Source: Abditibacterium sp.
GTDB taxonomy: Bacteria; Armatimonadota; Abditibacteriia; Abditibacteriales; Abditibacteriaceae
Direction: 5' to 3'
Length of the DNA: 64,000 nt
Assembly (NCBI GenBank): GCA_965199495.1
Contig: CBDASK010000003.1
Coordinates: 2,272,001 to 2,336,000, forward strand
Part shown: positions 1 to 10,595 of the stretch, in pieces
Layout of the letters: each line of letters starts with the position of its first letter
How positions within the stretch are numbered: position 1 is the stretch's first letter
The notes under the pieces: model-generated
What the model was told of the DNA's origin: nothing
The model's database searches: none
The model's input: only the letters and a program-made list of their open reading frames with translations
Program-made: the position numbers and the translations under genes

Positions 1-45
1 GCTGGCGTTGCCAGGCGCCTTTACCTCAATACTGCCAGAACTCTT

Positions 46-753
46 TTGGAAAAATATGCCACGACAGGACTTGCGGCCAGCAAAGAAGCCGCTGTCGCGC
101 TTTTTGGCCCCAATTGGGAAAGCAATCCTCGTTGGCGAATTTTGCACTGTTCCATTGATCTTTCGCCGTTCGAGCGACAGATAGATTCCGTCGCCCTCCG
201 TAAAGAAATAGGAATCCCCGACGACGCATTTGTTATGGGGCATGTGGGGCGTTTTCAAGCGATGAAAAACCACGCTTTCTTGGTTGAGGTGTTGCAAGAA
301 GTGCGCAATCGCAACTCCAATGCGCATTTGTTGCTCGTCGGCGATGGGCCGTTGCGCTCTGAGATAGAAGCCAAGGTCAAACAACTCGATTTATCGAAAT
401 ACGTTCACTTCGTGGGAGTTCAGAAAGATATTCCCCAATTCATGATGGGAGCGATGGATGTTTTCGTTATGCCCTCGATATTTGAAGGACTACCCATGGT
501 CGGGATTGAGATGCAAGCCGCAGGATTACCTTTTGTGCTTTCAGATGCCATATCTGATGAACTCGACATAATACCAGAGTTATCGTGTCGTTTATCTCTC
601 GATCAAACAGTAGAAGAATGGGCTGATTCTATTCTTCAAATAGAAAAGAATCAGCCGACAATCAGTCAGCAGAAAATTTTATCTATCGTTAAAAATAGTT
701 CTTTTAATATACGTGAAAGCATAAAAGATTTGGAGGAAATATATGGCAGTTAG
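46..753 (+). CDS. GT4 (GT-B) glycosyltransferase, EpsF-like; probably 5'-truncated by the window edge
   Basis: GHVGRF..KNH..L, LLLVGDG, PSIFEGLPMVGIEMQAAGLP motifs. Confidence 0.85.
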   Translation: MEKYATTGLAASKEAAVALFGPNWESNPRWRILHCSIDLSPFERQIDSVALRKEIGIPDDAFVMGHVGRFQAMKNHAFLVEVLQEVRNRNSNAHLLLVGDGPLRSEIEAKVKQLDLSKYVHFVGVQKDIPQFMMGAMDVFVMPSIFEGLPMVGIEMQAAGLPFVLSDAISDELDIIPELSCRLSLDQTVEEWADSILQIEKNQPTISQQKILSIVKNSSFNIRESIKDLEEIYGS

Positions 754-2251
754 TTCTCTTCCCAGAGTGAAAAATAGGAGCAGAAGAGCTTTTCCTGTAA
801 TAGCAATACATGCGCTCCTCCTTCTGGTAGGTTTGCCAATAATATATATATTGGTATCTATAGATCAGGATGACCAATTTCAAATTCGTCTTACCTCTCT
901 GGCTGCGGTGAGTCTATTCGCTTGGTCACTATGGTCCTGGCACAAAATCACTGGGAAATCTTTTGATCCCTACACCATATTCTTAATTATCGTAATGTTG
1001 TTTAATGGCGGGCACGCCATTCTTGCATTATTCAATCTCAGCGAACGCGGAGTCCTTGATGGTATATTCCCTTCTTACGTTACGCTTCAGGCCCTATTTT
1101 CAGTGATTATATCAATAGGATTTCTGCATTTAGGCGCTCTGCTCGGCGTAAGAAAGGGGGCCAAAAGAATGAGGCGCGCGAATAATCCTCATTTGACTTC
1201 CCTCACCGCTTCCTCGGCGAAAATCGTTGGGTGGGGTCTCTTTATTATCTCGTTGCCTGCATCCATCGTTGTGCTGGGCAATGCTTTGCAACAAGTTCTT
1301 GCCGGTGGCTATTTTGTTTTATTTCAGGGCGAAGCCAAAACTGGGTTAGACGCGGGGCCGCAGATCATCGCCACTTTTCTGGTGCCTGCCGCCCTAATAT
1401 TACTTGCTACTGGCGCTAATTCGCGACGCCAACGCATCTTTACGTTAGTCGTTATCGTCGTTTACTCTTTGACGCGCTTGTTTTTAGGAAGCCGTTATTA
1501 CGCGATGCTACCACTAATTTCATACGCTTGGTTGTGGCATCGTTGCGTGCGGCCCCTGCCCAAGATCGTGATGATTTCTGCTGTGTTGGTCGTGTTGGTA
1601 GTTTTACCTTTGGTGGGTGCCACACGAAATATCAAAGGAGGAGATCGCTTATCTATTCAATCTTTTGTGGAAGCCTACACCTCAGATTCGAGTCCTGCAA
1701 TTGCTCTACTTCATGAAATGGGCGGAAGTTTGAGTACGGTGGCGTATACCATTACGCTTGTGCCATCTACCCATAGCTTTGAGTTGGGTGAAAGTTACGG
1801 TTATGCTTTTCTCACGGTATTTCCCAATTTGTTTTGGGATATTCATCCCACCATTGCTCATGGTATTCCCTCAATTTGGTTGACATGGCAAGTAGACCCT
1901 TACCTCGCTAATATAGGTGGAGGCGTAGGTTTTTCTCTGATTGCGGAAGCCTACTTGAATTTTGGTTGGTTTGGTATTCCGGTAATCCTTTTTGTTATTG
2001 GGTTACTTTACGGGCGATTAACATCTTGGTATGAGCTATCTATGGATTCCATTAACTTTGCCATTGCCGCTTGTTTTTGTAACGTATTTACATTGTATGC
2101 GAGGTCAGAAATGGCGGTTTTATTTCGTGGTATTATCTGGTATTGTCTTATTCCATGGCTGCTGATCATCTTTGTTAAATCTTATCACACTGGCGGCTCC
2201 AAATCGCGCGCTCTAAAATTACGTCAAAGAGGAAACTTGAGTAATCTATAG
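743..2251 (+). CDS. wzy: Wzy-type polysaccharide polymerase
   Basis: Many TM segments, large periplasmic loop, GFSLIAEAYLNFGWFG motif, lies between glycosyltransferase genes. Confidence 0.8.
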   Translation: MAVSSLPRVKNRSRRAFPVIAIHALLLLVGLPIIYILVSIDQDDQFQIRLTSLAAVSLFAWSLWSWHKITGKSFDPYTIFLIIVMLFNGGHAILALFNLSERGVLDGIFPSYVTLQALFSVIISIGFLHLGALLGVRKGAKRMRRANNPHLTSLTASSAKIVGWGLFIISLPASIVVLGNALQQVLAGGYFVLFQGEAKTGLDAGPQIIATFLVPAALILLATGANSRRQRIFTLVVIVVYSLTRLFLGSRYYAMLPLISYAWLWHRCVRPLPKIVMISAVLVVLVVLPLVGATRNIKGGDRLSIQSFVEAYTSDSSPAIALLHEMGGSLSTVAYTITLVPSTHSFELGESYGYAFLTVFPNLFWDIHPTIAHGIPSIWLTWQVDPYLANIGGGVGFSLIAEAYLNFGWFGIPVILFVIGLLYGRLTSWYELSMDSINFAIAACFCNVFTLYARSEMAVLFRGIIWYCLIPWLLIIFVKSYHTGGSKSRALKLRQRGNLSNL

Positions 2252-2293
2252 AACAAGCGTGTTCTGTAACAGAAGAAGGTTCACTAAATTATT

Positions 2294-3511
2294 ATGAATG
2301 TAATCGTAACTTTAGAATATCGTTTTGATCGAACTCCCGATGGAGCTGTGTGGACGGACAATCAATTTCCATATCCCTTTTGGGCGCGTTATCTCAACGT
2401 ATTCGATCAGGTGAGCGTAGTCGCCAGAGTGCGCGAGTTGAGTGACGTGCCCGACCACTTTGTGCGGGCAGATGGGCAAAACGTTTCTTTCATTGCTTTG
2501 CCCTGTTATCTCGGCCCAAAGCAATATCTCGCCAGCCGCTATGCTATCCAAAAAATATGTCGAGATAATATACCCAAGCATGACGCAATGATTCTACGCG
2601 TGCCCTCTATTTTGGCTAATTCCGTCCTCAAACCTATGCAAAAGGGCCAGCCCTATGGAGTCGAAGTCGTGGCAGATCCCTACGATGTTTTCGCGCCTGG
2701 AGTGATTAAACATCCATTGAGAGCGCTCTTTAGAAAATTATTTTTTCAATCATTGAAACGTCAATGTGCCAAAGCTTGCGCGGCTTTGTACGTTACGAAA
2801 AACGCGTTGCAACGGAGATATCCAACGGATAAAGGCGCACTCTCTGTGTCTTGCTCGGATGTCTATTTGGAACAAGAGAATTGCGTTGAGTCTGCCCGCG
2901 TGGTTACTCCCAAGAGCAAGATGCACTTAGTTACTATAGGCTCTTTGGCCCAGACTTATAAAGCCATCGATATTCTTATACCCGCTCTTAATCGGTGCGT
3001 TCAAGGCGGCCTTGATTTGACGCTGACAATTGTTGGCGATGGTCGTTATCGCAGCGAGTTAGAGATATTAGCTCAAGAATTAGGAATAGTGAACAGGGTT
3101 AAGTTCTTGGGTCAGTTGCCTGCTGGCAAAGCGATCAGTGAGCAACTTGACGCGGCGGATTTGTTCGTTTTACCCTCGCGCACCGAAGGGTTGCCACGCG
3201 TCATCATTGAGGCTATGGCGAGGGCTGTTCCTTGCGTCGGTTCGACGGTCGGCGGCATCCCCGAACTTCTCTCCTCGGAAGATATGGTTCCTCCAGACGA
3301 CATCGAAGCCTTGGCGACGAAAATCCGTGAGGTCTTGACTAATCCTTCTCGCATGATGCAAATGTCCGCTCGCAATTTGGAGAAAGCAAAAGAGTATCGA
3401 GAAGATATTTTAAGTGAACGCAGAACGAATTTTTATAAGTATGTGCGTCAACAAACAGAGGCGTGGGACGAACAGCAGCAGCAAGGGAGCAATCGTAGAA
3501 ATCTACAATAA
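2294..3511 (+). CDS. GT4 glycosyltransferase
   Basis: DLFVLPSRTEGLPRVIIEAMARAVPCVGSTVGGIPELL. Confidence 0.9.
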   Translation: MNVIVTLEYRFDRTPDGAVWTDNQFPYPFWARYLNVFDQVSVVARVRELSDVPDHFVRADGQNVSFIALPCYLGPKQYLASRYAIQKICRDNIPKHDAMILRVPSILANSVLKPMQKGQPYGVEVVADPYDVFAPGVIKHPLRALFRKLFFQSLKRQCAKACAALYVTKNALQRRYPTDKGALSVSCSDVYLEQENCVESARVVTPKSKMHLVTIGSLAQTYKAIDILIPALNRCVQGGLDLTLTIVGDGRYRSELEILAQELGIVNRVKFLGQLPAGKAISEQLDAADLFVLPSRTEGLPRVIIEAMARAVPCVGSTVGGIPELLSSEDMVPPDDIEALATKIREVLTNPSRMMQMSARNLEKAKEYREDILSERRTNFYKYVRQQTEAWDEQQQQGSNRRNLQ

Positions 3512-3660
3512 GCCAAGCCTTCTTAGGAGCCACAGGTTTTGAGACTCGTTCGGATATTCCATCTTCACGCGGACATTAATGAGTTGCTCATCTTTCTCCT
3601 CTTGGGAACTTTGGTGAAGCGGATTATTCTGTTGAAAACATTTTTTTCGGATACTACAAA

Positions 3661-4803
3661 ATGAAAATTAAAAGACATCTTCTAATCATTATTCCTTCAA
3701 TCATAAGCTATAAAGCATTCCTTAGGGATCTTTGTAACTATCTGACACAAAATGATTGGGAAGTAACTGTTGTATGCGATATGAATGGGCAAGCACAGCC
3801 AAAACAGAACACGCAATTCATTCATTGTGACTTCCCTCGTGGATTTTCTATCAAAGGTTATATCCATGCGGCTAAATCGCTTCGTTCTATTGTTAGTGAC
3901 TTAAAACCGTCGTTGATACATGTGCATTTTTCTGTTGCCGCCTTATTTACAGCACTTGCAAAGCAAAAAAATTGGCCTCCAATGATTGCCACTATTCAAG
4001 GGGCAATTTTTACAGCAAGTTCAGGTCTCAAATCAACCTTATATCGCGCTGCCGAGTTATTTTCTTTTAATAAATATAATCAAGTCTGGGTATTAACTCT
4101 TGATGATTTTCGCGCGCTTAAAGATGCTGATATTACGGTTTTTTGCCAAGAGTCGAAGGGATTTGGATGCAGAAGTGACATTTTTGATCCTTCAAACTTC
4201 GATGAAAATTTTAAATCTCGAAAGAAAGAAGAACTTGAAATTGAAAAAGATGATGTCGTCTTGATATTTGTAGGAAGGTTAGTTGACTTCAAGGGTATTC
4301 ATATCGCCTACCGAGCTTTCCAACACAGCAAAGCACATTTGGATAATCTCTCTCTAAAATTTATAGTTGTTGGGGATTTTGATCCATTGCATGATTCAGG
4401 GCTTACGCAACAGGAAAAACAAGATTTAGAAAGTGATACTTCAATCATAAGAACGGGTCACATTGATAATGTTGAGCAATACCTCGCTATTTCTGACATA
4501 AATATTTTTCCGAGCGTTCGAGAAGGTATGCCCGTCAATTTAATGGAATCTTTAAGCATGGGAGTTCCCGTAATTACTTTCGATAGCCGAGGCTGCAGAG
4601 ATGTCGTAGAAAATCAGGTTACGGGTTTCGTCATCCCTGAAAGAACTCCCGAAACCTTTTCCAAAGCGATTGATCAATTGGTGGCAGATGTTACATTGAG
4701 AAATAAATTTAAAAATAATGCTCTTGCGAAAAGAGATGATTTCTCGCGAGAGCATTATATAAAGGAACAAATATCTATTTACGATAATATAATTGATAAT
4801 TGA
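3661..4803 (+). CDS. GT4 glycosyltransferase (very AT-rich)
   Basis: FVGRLVDFKG, FPSVREGMPVNLMESLSMGVPVI. Confidence 0.9.
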   Translation: MKIKRHLLIIIPSIISYKAFLRDLCNYLTQNDWEVTVVCDMNGQAQPKQNTQFIHCDFPRGFSIKGYIHAAKSLRSIVSDLKPSLIHVHFSVAALFTALAKQKNWPPMIATIQGAIFTASSGLKSTLYRAAELFSFNKYNQVWVLTLDDFRALKDADITVFCQESKGFGCRSDIFDPSNFDENFKSRKKEELEIEKDDVVLIFVGRLVDFKGIHIAYRAFQHSKAHLDNLSLKFIVVGDFDPLHDSGLTQQEKQDLESDTSIIRTGHIDNVEQYLAISDINIFPSVREGMPVNLMESLSMGVPVITFDSRGCRDVVENQVTGFVIPERTPETFSKAIDQLVADVTLRNKFKNNALAKRDDFSREHYIKEQISIYDNIIDN

Positions 4804-4842
4804 GTTTTCTGAAACAAAAATCTTTGGAAAAAATAGTTCAAC

Positions 4843-5481
4843 ATGATACCTTCTATTTATAAAAAGAACAGCAAACGTCTGCTCGACCTCGCTTTAACTT
4901 CAACGGCGCTGGTTTGTCTATCGCCGGTATTTGCCGCCGTCGCCGTTCTGGTGCGCCTGAAACTTGGCTCGCCGATTCTATTCCGTCAACAACGTCCCGG
5001 TTTGCGCGCGCGCCCATTTATGATGATGAAATTTCGCACCATGACCGACGCGCGCGATGCAAGCGGAGAATTATTGCCAGATGCTGAGCGTTTGCCGCCG
5101 TTCGGTCAATTTTTGCGCAGCACGAGTTTGGACGAACTGCCGGAACTCCTCAACGTTTTGAAGGGTGAGATGAGTTTGGTCGGGCCGCGCCCGCTTTTAA
5201 TGCGCTATCTGGATCGTTACACGCCGCAGCAAATGCGGCGTCACGAAGTGCCGCCGGGCATCACTGGTTGGGCGCAGGTCAACGGGCGCAACGCGATTTC
5301 TTGGGAAAAGAAGTTTGAATTGGATGTCTGGTATGTCGAAAATTGCTCGTTCTGGCTCGACATCAAAGTTTTGTGGATGACGGTTCTCAAAGTCGTCAGA
5401 CGGGCGGACATCAATCAACAGGGACAGGCCACGCAAAGCGAATTTATGGGCGACCTGTCTGGGTTGGAGAAATCGTCGTGA
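4843..5481 (+). CDS. Priming sugar-phosphate transferase (EpsL/PglC-like)
   Basis: KFRTM, LRSTSLDELPEL, GEMSLVGPRP, PGITGWAQVNGRN. Confidence 0.92.
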   Translation: MIPSIYKKNSKRLLDLALTSTALVCLSPVFAAVAVLVRLKLGSPILFRQQRPGLRARPFMMMKFRTMTDARDASGELLPDAERLPPFGQFLRSTSLDELPELLNVLKGEMSLVGPRPLLMRYLDRYTPQQMRRHEVPPGITGWAQVNGRNAISWEKKFELDVWYVENCSFWLDIKVLWMTVLKVVRRADINQQGQATQSEFMGDLSGLEKSS

Positions 5482-6113
5482 AACGCGTTTTAATTATAGG
5501 CGCGGGCGGCCACGCCAAAGTCGTTGCCGATATTTTGCAGTTGTGTGGCCACCATATTTTGGGTTGTCTGGACGATAACCCTCAATCGTGGGGCACATCG
5601 TGTTTGGGATTGCCAGTTTTGGGCGCTATCGCCGATTACGCGAAATATCAGCCCGATGGTTTGGTCATCGGCATTGGCTCCAATGGGGTGCGACAAACTT
5701 TGGTCAATCGTTTGGGCGAACCCGCGCGCGCGCTGTGGATAAACGCGATTCATCCGCGCGCGACCTTCGCCGCTTCGGCGAAAATCGGACGCGGCGTTGT
5801 CATCGCGGCTCACGCTGTGATTAATCCCAACACAATAATCGGCAATCACGCGATTATTAACACGGGAGCGACGGTTGATCACGATTGCCAAATCGGTGAT
5901 TACGCGCACATCGCGCCCGGTTCACATTTGGCGGGCGGTGTAACCGTTGGGGCGGGCGCGTTTGTCGGTATCGGCACTTCGGTCGTGCCCGGCGTGGCTG
6001 TTGGCGAGTGGGCGACTGTCGGCGCGGGAGCCGTGGTTTTGCGCGCTGTTCCCGCGCGTGCGACCGCTTATGGCGTGCCCGCTAAAGAGGTGCAAACACA
6101 AAAAAGTCCGTAG
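5478..6113 (+). CDS. Sugar N-acetyltransferase (EpsM/PglD/NeuD-like)
   Basis: GTG start overlapping upstream TGA; IIGAGGHAKVV, hexapeptide repeats, VDHDC, GVPAK. Confidence 0.9.
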   Translation: MKRVLIIGAGGHAKVVADILQLCGHHILGCLDDNPQSWGTSCLGLPVLGAIADYAKYQPDGLVIGIGSNGVRQTLVNRLGEPARALWINAIHPRATFAASAKIGRGVVIAAHAVINPNTIIGNHAIINTGATVDHDCQIGDYAHIAPGSHLAGGVTVGAGAFVGIGTSVVPGVAVGEWATVGAGAVVLRAVPARATAYGVPAKEVQTQKSP

Positions 6114-6153
6114 CTTTGAGACGCCAACTGCGCTTGACTTCTAACCCACAAAT

Positions 6154-7308
6154 TTGATGAGCAATATAATCAATGAATCGAAGAGAATTTATCTGTCGTC
6201 TCCTCACATGAGCGGCAGGGAACAAGAACTGGTTTTGGACGCTTTCGCTTCCAATTGGATCGCGCCGTTGGGGCCGCACGTTGACGGCTTCGAGCGCGAA
6301 GTCGCCGCTTACGTCGGCGTTTCCAACGCGGCGGCGCTTTCATCGGGCACGGCGGCGATTCATCTGGCGCTGCGTCTGCTCGACGTTGCGCCCGGCGACG
6401 AAGTCATTTGCTCGTCTTTTACTTTCAGCGCCAGCGCCAATCCGATTATGTATGAAGGCGCGCAACCGGTTTTCATAGATTCCGAATTCAAAACCTGGAA
6501 CATGGACGCGAATTTGTTGCGCGAAGAACTCGACGATTGCGCTCGGCGCGGCAAGTTGCCCAAAGCCGTCGTCGTGGTTGATCTTTACGGCCAATGCGCC
6601 GATTACGACGCCATCGAAGCGGTTTGCGCGCACTACGAAGTGCCAATTATCGAGGACGCGGCAGAGGCATTGGGCGCGTCTTACAAAAATCGCATGGCGG
6701 GCAGTTTCGGCAAGTTCGGCGTGTTCTCGTTCAATGGCAACAAAATTATCACGACATCGGGCGGCGGGATGTTGGTTTCCGACGACGCCGAGATGATTCA
6801 AAAGTGTCGCTTTCTGGCGACGCAGGCGCGCGACGCCGCGCCGCATTTTCAGCATTCGCACGTTGGCTACAACTATCGCATGAGCAATATGCTCGCGGCG
6901 ATTGGGCGCGGCCAGTTGGAAGTTTTGCCCCAGCGTATCGTGGCGCGCAAACGCAATTTCGAGAGTTATCAACAGGGTTTATCGTCGTTGCCGGGCGTTG
7001 AATTTATGCCGATTTCTGACGAGGGTAAACCCAATTATTGGCTGACGTGCATTACGATTGATCCGCGCCTCTTCGGCGCGGCGCGCGAGGACGTGCGTTT
7101 GGCGTTGGAAAAAGAGAATATCGAATCGCGCCCGCTGTGGAAGCCGATGCACCTGCAACCCGTATTCGCCCATTGCCGGATGCGCGATGGCAACGTTTCG
7201 GGGCCATTGTTTGAAAATGGTCTGTGTTTGCCGAGCGGCTCCAATCTCGAAGCCGCCGATGTCGAACGCGTGATTTCGATTATTCGCGATCTGTGTCCGA
7301 ATGCTTAA
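6154..7308 (+). CDS. DegT/DnrJ-family aminotransferase (EpsN/PglE-like)
   Basis: IYLSSPHM, SSGTAAIHLAL, EDAAEALG, SFNGNKIITTSGGG, LCLPSG. Confidence 0.92.
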   Translation: MMSNIINESKRIYLSSPHMSGREQELVLDAFASNWIAPLGPHVDGFEREVAAYVGVSNAAALSSGTAAIHLALRLLDVAPGDEVICSSFTFSASANPIMYEGAQPVFIDSEFKTWNMDANLLREELDDCARRGKLPKAVVVVDLYGQCADYDAIEAVCAHYEVPIIEDAAEALGASYKNRMAGSFGKFGVFSFNGNKIITTSGGGMLVSDDAEMIQKCRFLATQARDAAPHFQHSHVGYNYRMSNMLAAIGRGQLEVLPQRIVARKRNFESYQQGLSSLPGVEFMPISDEGKPNYWLTCITIDPRLFGAAREDVRLALEKENIESRPLWKPMHLQPVFAHCRMRDGNVSGPLFENGLCLPSGSNLEAADVERVISIIRDLCPNA

Positions 7309-7329
7309 ATTTGCGCTAACATAAAGCAA

Positions 7330-8367
7330 ATGCAAACCGCGCCATTCGATTTAAACGCCGATGAAACCCTGGTGCCCGCCGCCGAGCGCGTGCTGGTGGC
7401 TGTATCGAGCGGCGCCGATTCGATGGCGCTGTTGTGTTGGCTCCACGAATTGAAACGAGATTTCGTCGTCGGGCATATCAATCATGCGTTGCACGAGTTG
7501 CGGCCCGGCGAGTGCCGCGCCGACGAGGATTTCGTGCGCGCCCGTTGCGACGAATTGGGCGTGCCATTTCGCGCCGTGACAGTTGATTTGCCGCGTAAAA
7601 ACGGGCACGTCAACGAGAGCGTGGCACGCGAGGCGCGTTATCTGGCGCTCGCGCAAATGGCACGCAATAACGGTTGCTCGCGAGTAGCCACGGCGCACAC
7701 GGCGACCGATGGTTTGGAAACCGCGTTGCTCAATTTGATGCGCGGCGGCGGGCCGCAGGGCTGGCTGGGCGCGCCGCCATCGCGCGTTTTAGAAAGCGAA
7801 ATTATGTTGGTGCGTCCCTTATATAAAGAGACGCGCGCACGCGCGCGCGAATTTTTGCGCGCGCGCAATTGGAGTTGGCGCGAAGACGCGTCCAATCGCG
7901 AACCGGTTTTCGCGCGCAATCGCGTGCGCGCCGAAGTTTTGCCGCTATTATGCGATATTTCGGGCCGCGATTTGGACGCGCTGGCCAACGGCCACGCGCG
8001 CGGCGCGCACATCGCGCGCGACGAATCGAATTTGTTGGAACAGTTGGCGCAACGGGAACTCGCGAAATTGATAATCGAAACCCGCGCGGATTTCGTCGCG
8101 CTTGATGCGCCGTCGTTTTGCGAACTCGATGTCGCGTTGCAGCGCCGCGTTTTGCGCGGTGCGGCGCGCCAAATCGCGCCCGAATTGCGCGATTTGAGCG
8201 CCGATAAGGTCGAAACTGTGCGTTTAAGTGTGATTGGAAATCGAGCGCGTGCGGTGTGGAGTTGGCCGCAAAACGTGCGCGTCGAGTGGACGGGAACAAA
8301 GCGCGGCAATCGCATTCGGTTGTGGCGCGCGGCAAACGCCACGATTTCCGGCACTTGCGCGGATTAG
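7330..8367 (+). CDS. tilS: tRNA(Ile)-lysidine synthase
   Basis: VAVSSGADSMALL PP-loop, ATAHTATD, EDASN..ARNRVR; upstream of ftsH. Confidence 0.88.
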   Translation: MQTAPFDLNADETLVPAAERVLVAVSSGADSMALLCWLHELKRDFVVGHINHALHELRPGECRADEDFVRARCDELGVPFRAVTVDLPRKNGHVNESVAREARYLALAQMARNNGCSRVATAHTATDGLETALLNLMRGGGPQGWLGAPPSRVLESEIMLVRPLYKETRARAREFLRARNWSWREDASNREPVFARNRVRAEVLPLLCDISGRDLDALANGHARGAHIARDESNLLEQLAQRELAKLIIETRADFVALDAPSFCELDVALQRRVLRGAARQIAPELRDLSADKVETVRLSVIGNRARAVWSWPQNVRVEWTGTKRGNRIRLWRAANATISGTCAD

Positions 8368-8591
8368 AGACGTCTAAGTTGAGCTTGCAACCAAAGCATC
8401 GCGTTTGTGGCGCTTCGGTTGGCGAAGTTACGGCACTGCAAAAGTGCCATAGAGAAAAAGCGTGGCCAAAGCGTCAATTTTCCGGTTGGAAATGGCGCTT
8501 GAACAAAGCTGGCACGTCTATACTTGGTGAGTTGCGCAAAGGTTGCCTCAAGTGTGGGGCAAATGCGCGAAACGTTTTCAGGAGGCGTTTT

Positions 8592-10541
8592 TTGGGAGCA
8601 CAAAGATTATTCCGTTCTATGCTGGCGCTGTTCGCGCTGTTGCTCGTCGCCAGCATCGTATTTAACCGTTCACTGGGGCAAAACCCGGTCAAAGAAATGG
8701 TCGCCAGCACTTTGCAGTCGAAGTTGTTAAAAGGCGAAGTCAAATCGGTTTCCATTACCGAAAACACGGCTGACGTCATGCTAAACAATGGCGACACCAA
8801 ATACACGGTTACCCTGCCAGCAGGTTGGACGCAGACAGACGAATTCAACGCGGCCCTCTACAAAAAGGATAACAAGGGCAATGCTTTAGCCGAAGTTAAA
8901 ATCGAGAAATCTCCCTTTAGCGGCCCACTCTTTAGCGTTCTGGGCTTGCTATTGCCGCTGATTTTGTTTGGCGCGTTCTGGATTTTCATCATGCGCCAAT
9001 CGCAGTCGGGCGCGGGTCAAGCGATGTCGTTCGGCAAGAGCAAAGCCAAGCGTTTGACCGATTCGTCGCAGAAAGTCACTTTCGCCGATGTCGCGGGTGT
9101 TGACGAGGCCAAACAGGAATTGCAAGAAGTCATTGACTTTTTGAAAAACCCCGAAAAGTTTCAGGCGTTGGGCGCCAAAATCCCGCGCGGCGTGTTGTTG
9201 TTGGGCAATCCCGGAACCGGCAAAACGCTCCTCGCGCGCGCCGTGGCTGGTGAAGCGGGCGTGCCGTTTTTCCACATTTCGGGTTCGGATTTCGTCGAGA
9301 TGTTCGTTGGCGTTGGCGCCAGCCGCGTGCGCGATTTGTTCGATCAGGCCAAGGCTCATCGTCCAGCCATCGTCTTCATTGACGAAATTGACGCTGTCGG
9401 TCGTCATCGCGGCGCCGGTATGGGTGGCGGTCACGACGAGCGCGAGCAGACGTTGAACCAATTGCTGGTCGAAATGGACGGCTTCGATCCGAATTCCGGC
9501 GTTATCTTGATGGCGGCGACCAACCGTCCCGACGTTTTGGATCCGGCTTTAACGCGTCCCGGTCGTTTCGACCGTCAGATCATCGTGGACAATCCCGACT
9601 CGAAAGGCCGTCTGGCGATTTTGGGCGTTCATGCTAAAGGCAAACCGATTGCTTCGGGCGTGGATTTGGATGTTATTTCGCGTCGCACCGCCGGTTTTTC
9701 GGGCGCGGATTTGGCCAACTTGGTCAACGAAGCGGCTTTGCTGGCGGCGCGGCGCAACAAGCAGCAGATCGGCGAGCCGGAATTTGAGGAAAGCATCGAG
9801 CGCGTGATTTCCGGGCCGGAACGTAAAAGTCGCATCATTCAGGAACGCGAGAAAACCGTCATCGCCTACCACGAAGTCGGACACGCGCTGTTGGGCAAAC
9901 TGTTGCCGAACATCGAGTCGCCGCACAAAATCACGATTTTGCCGCGCGGCATGGCCTTGGGTTATGTGTTGACTTTGCCTTCGGAAGACCAGTTCCTGCA
10001 ATCGAAATCGCAGATGCTCGATCACATGACGAGCGCTCTGGGCGGACGCGCCGCCGAGCAAGTCGTCTTCAATGAGACTTGGACGGGCGCGCAGAACGAT
10101 TTGGAAAAAGTCACCGATATGGCGCGTCGCATGATTTGCGAGTTCGGCATGAGCGAGCGACTGGGACTTGTCCAACTGGGCAAGCGCAGCGGCCCGGTCT
10201 TTTTGGGGCGCGACTACAACGAGGAGCGTAACTATTCCGAGGAAGTCGCCGCTAAAATTGACGCCGAAGTGCGAGCCGTTGTGGATAGTTGTTTCGAGAA
10301 AGCCACCGAAATGTTGACCGAAAATCGCGCCGTCATGGATCGCATCGTCAACGTTTTGTTGGAAAAAGAAACGCTGTCGGCGGAAGAGTTGGACAGAATC
10401 ATGAACGGCGAACCCGAACCGCCCGAACTGACGCCAACCCAGCCACCGGCACCGCCAACTCCGGCCTCAGAAGTGACAATTGAAAAAGCGCCGCCGCGCA
10501 CCAATCCCGGCGGATTGACGCCCGGTTTGGCCGGAGCGTAG
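8592..10541 (+). CDS. ftsH: ATP-dependent zinc metalloprotease FtsH
   Basis: TTG start at 8592 after AGGAGG; two TMs, [28 protein letters not shown]. Confidence 0.95.
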   Translation: MGAQRLFRSMLALFALLLVASIVFNRSLGQNPVKEMVASTLQSKLLKGEVKSVSITENTADVMLNNGDTKYTVTLPAGWTQTDEFNAALYKKDNKGNALAEVKIEKSPFSGPLFSVLGLLLPLILFGAFWIFIMRQSQSGAGQAMSFGKSKAKRLTDSSQKVTFADVAGVDEAKQELQEVIDFLKNPEKFQALGAKIPRGVLLLGNPGTGKTLLARAVAGEAGVPFFHISGSDFVEMFVGVGASRVRDLFDQAKAHRPAIVFIDEIDAVGRHRGAGMGGGHDEREQTLNQLLVEMDGFDPNSGVILMAATNRPDVLDPALTRPGRFDRQIIVDNPDSKGRLAILGVHAKGKPIASGVDLDVISRRTAGFSGADLANLVNEAALLAARRNKQQIGEPEFEESIERVISGPERKSRIIQEREKTVIAYHEVGHALLGKLLPNIESPHKITILPRGMALGYVLTLPSEDQFLQSKSQMLDHMTSALGGRAAEQVVFNETWTGAQNDLEKVTDMARRMICEFGMSERLGLVQLGKRSGPVFLGRDYNEERNYSEEVAAKIDAEVRAVVDSCFEKATEMLTENRAVMDRIVNVLLEKETLSAEELDRIMNGEPEPPELTPTQPPAPPTPASEVTIEKAPPRTNPGGLTPGLAGA

Positions 10542-10550
10542 AATGGGTTG

Positions 10551-10595
10551 AAACAAAAACGGACGCTTTCCACCGAAAGCGTCCGTTTTTTGTTT
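10551..10595. terminator. Bidirectional intrinsic terminator
   Basis: aaaaacggacgctttc-cacc-gaaagcgtccgttttt between convergent genes. Confidence 0.8.

Noticed and set aside
7330..8367. Dense GCGCGC runs
   Set aside because: Plausibly explained by GCG/CGC codon preference; cannot be shown to exceed that without computation.
8256..8591. Long N-terminal extension of FtsH
   Set aside because: Overlaps tilS; AGGAGG with TTG at 8592 is a better start.
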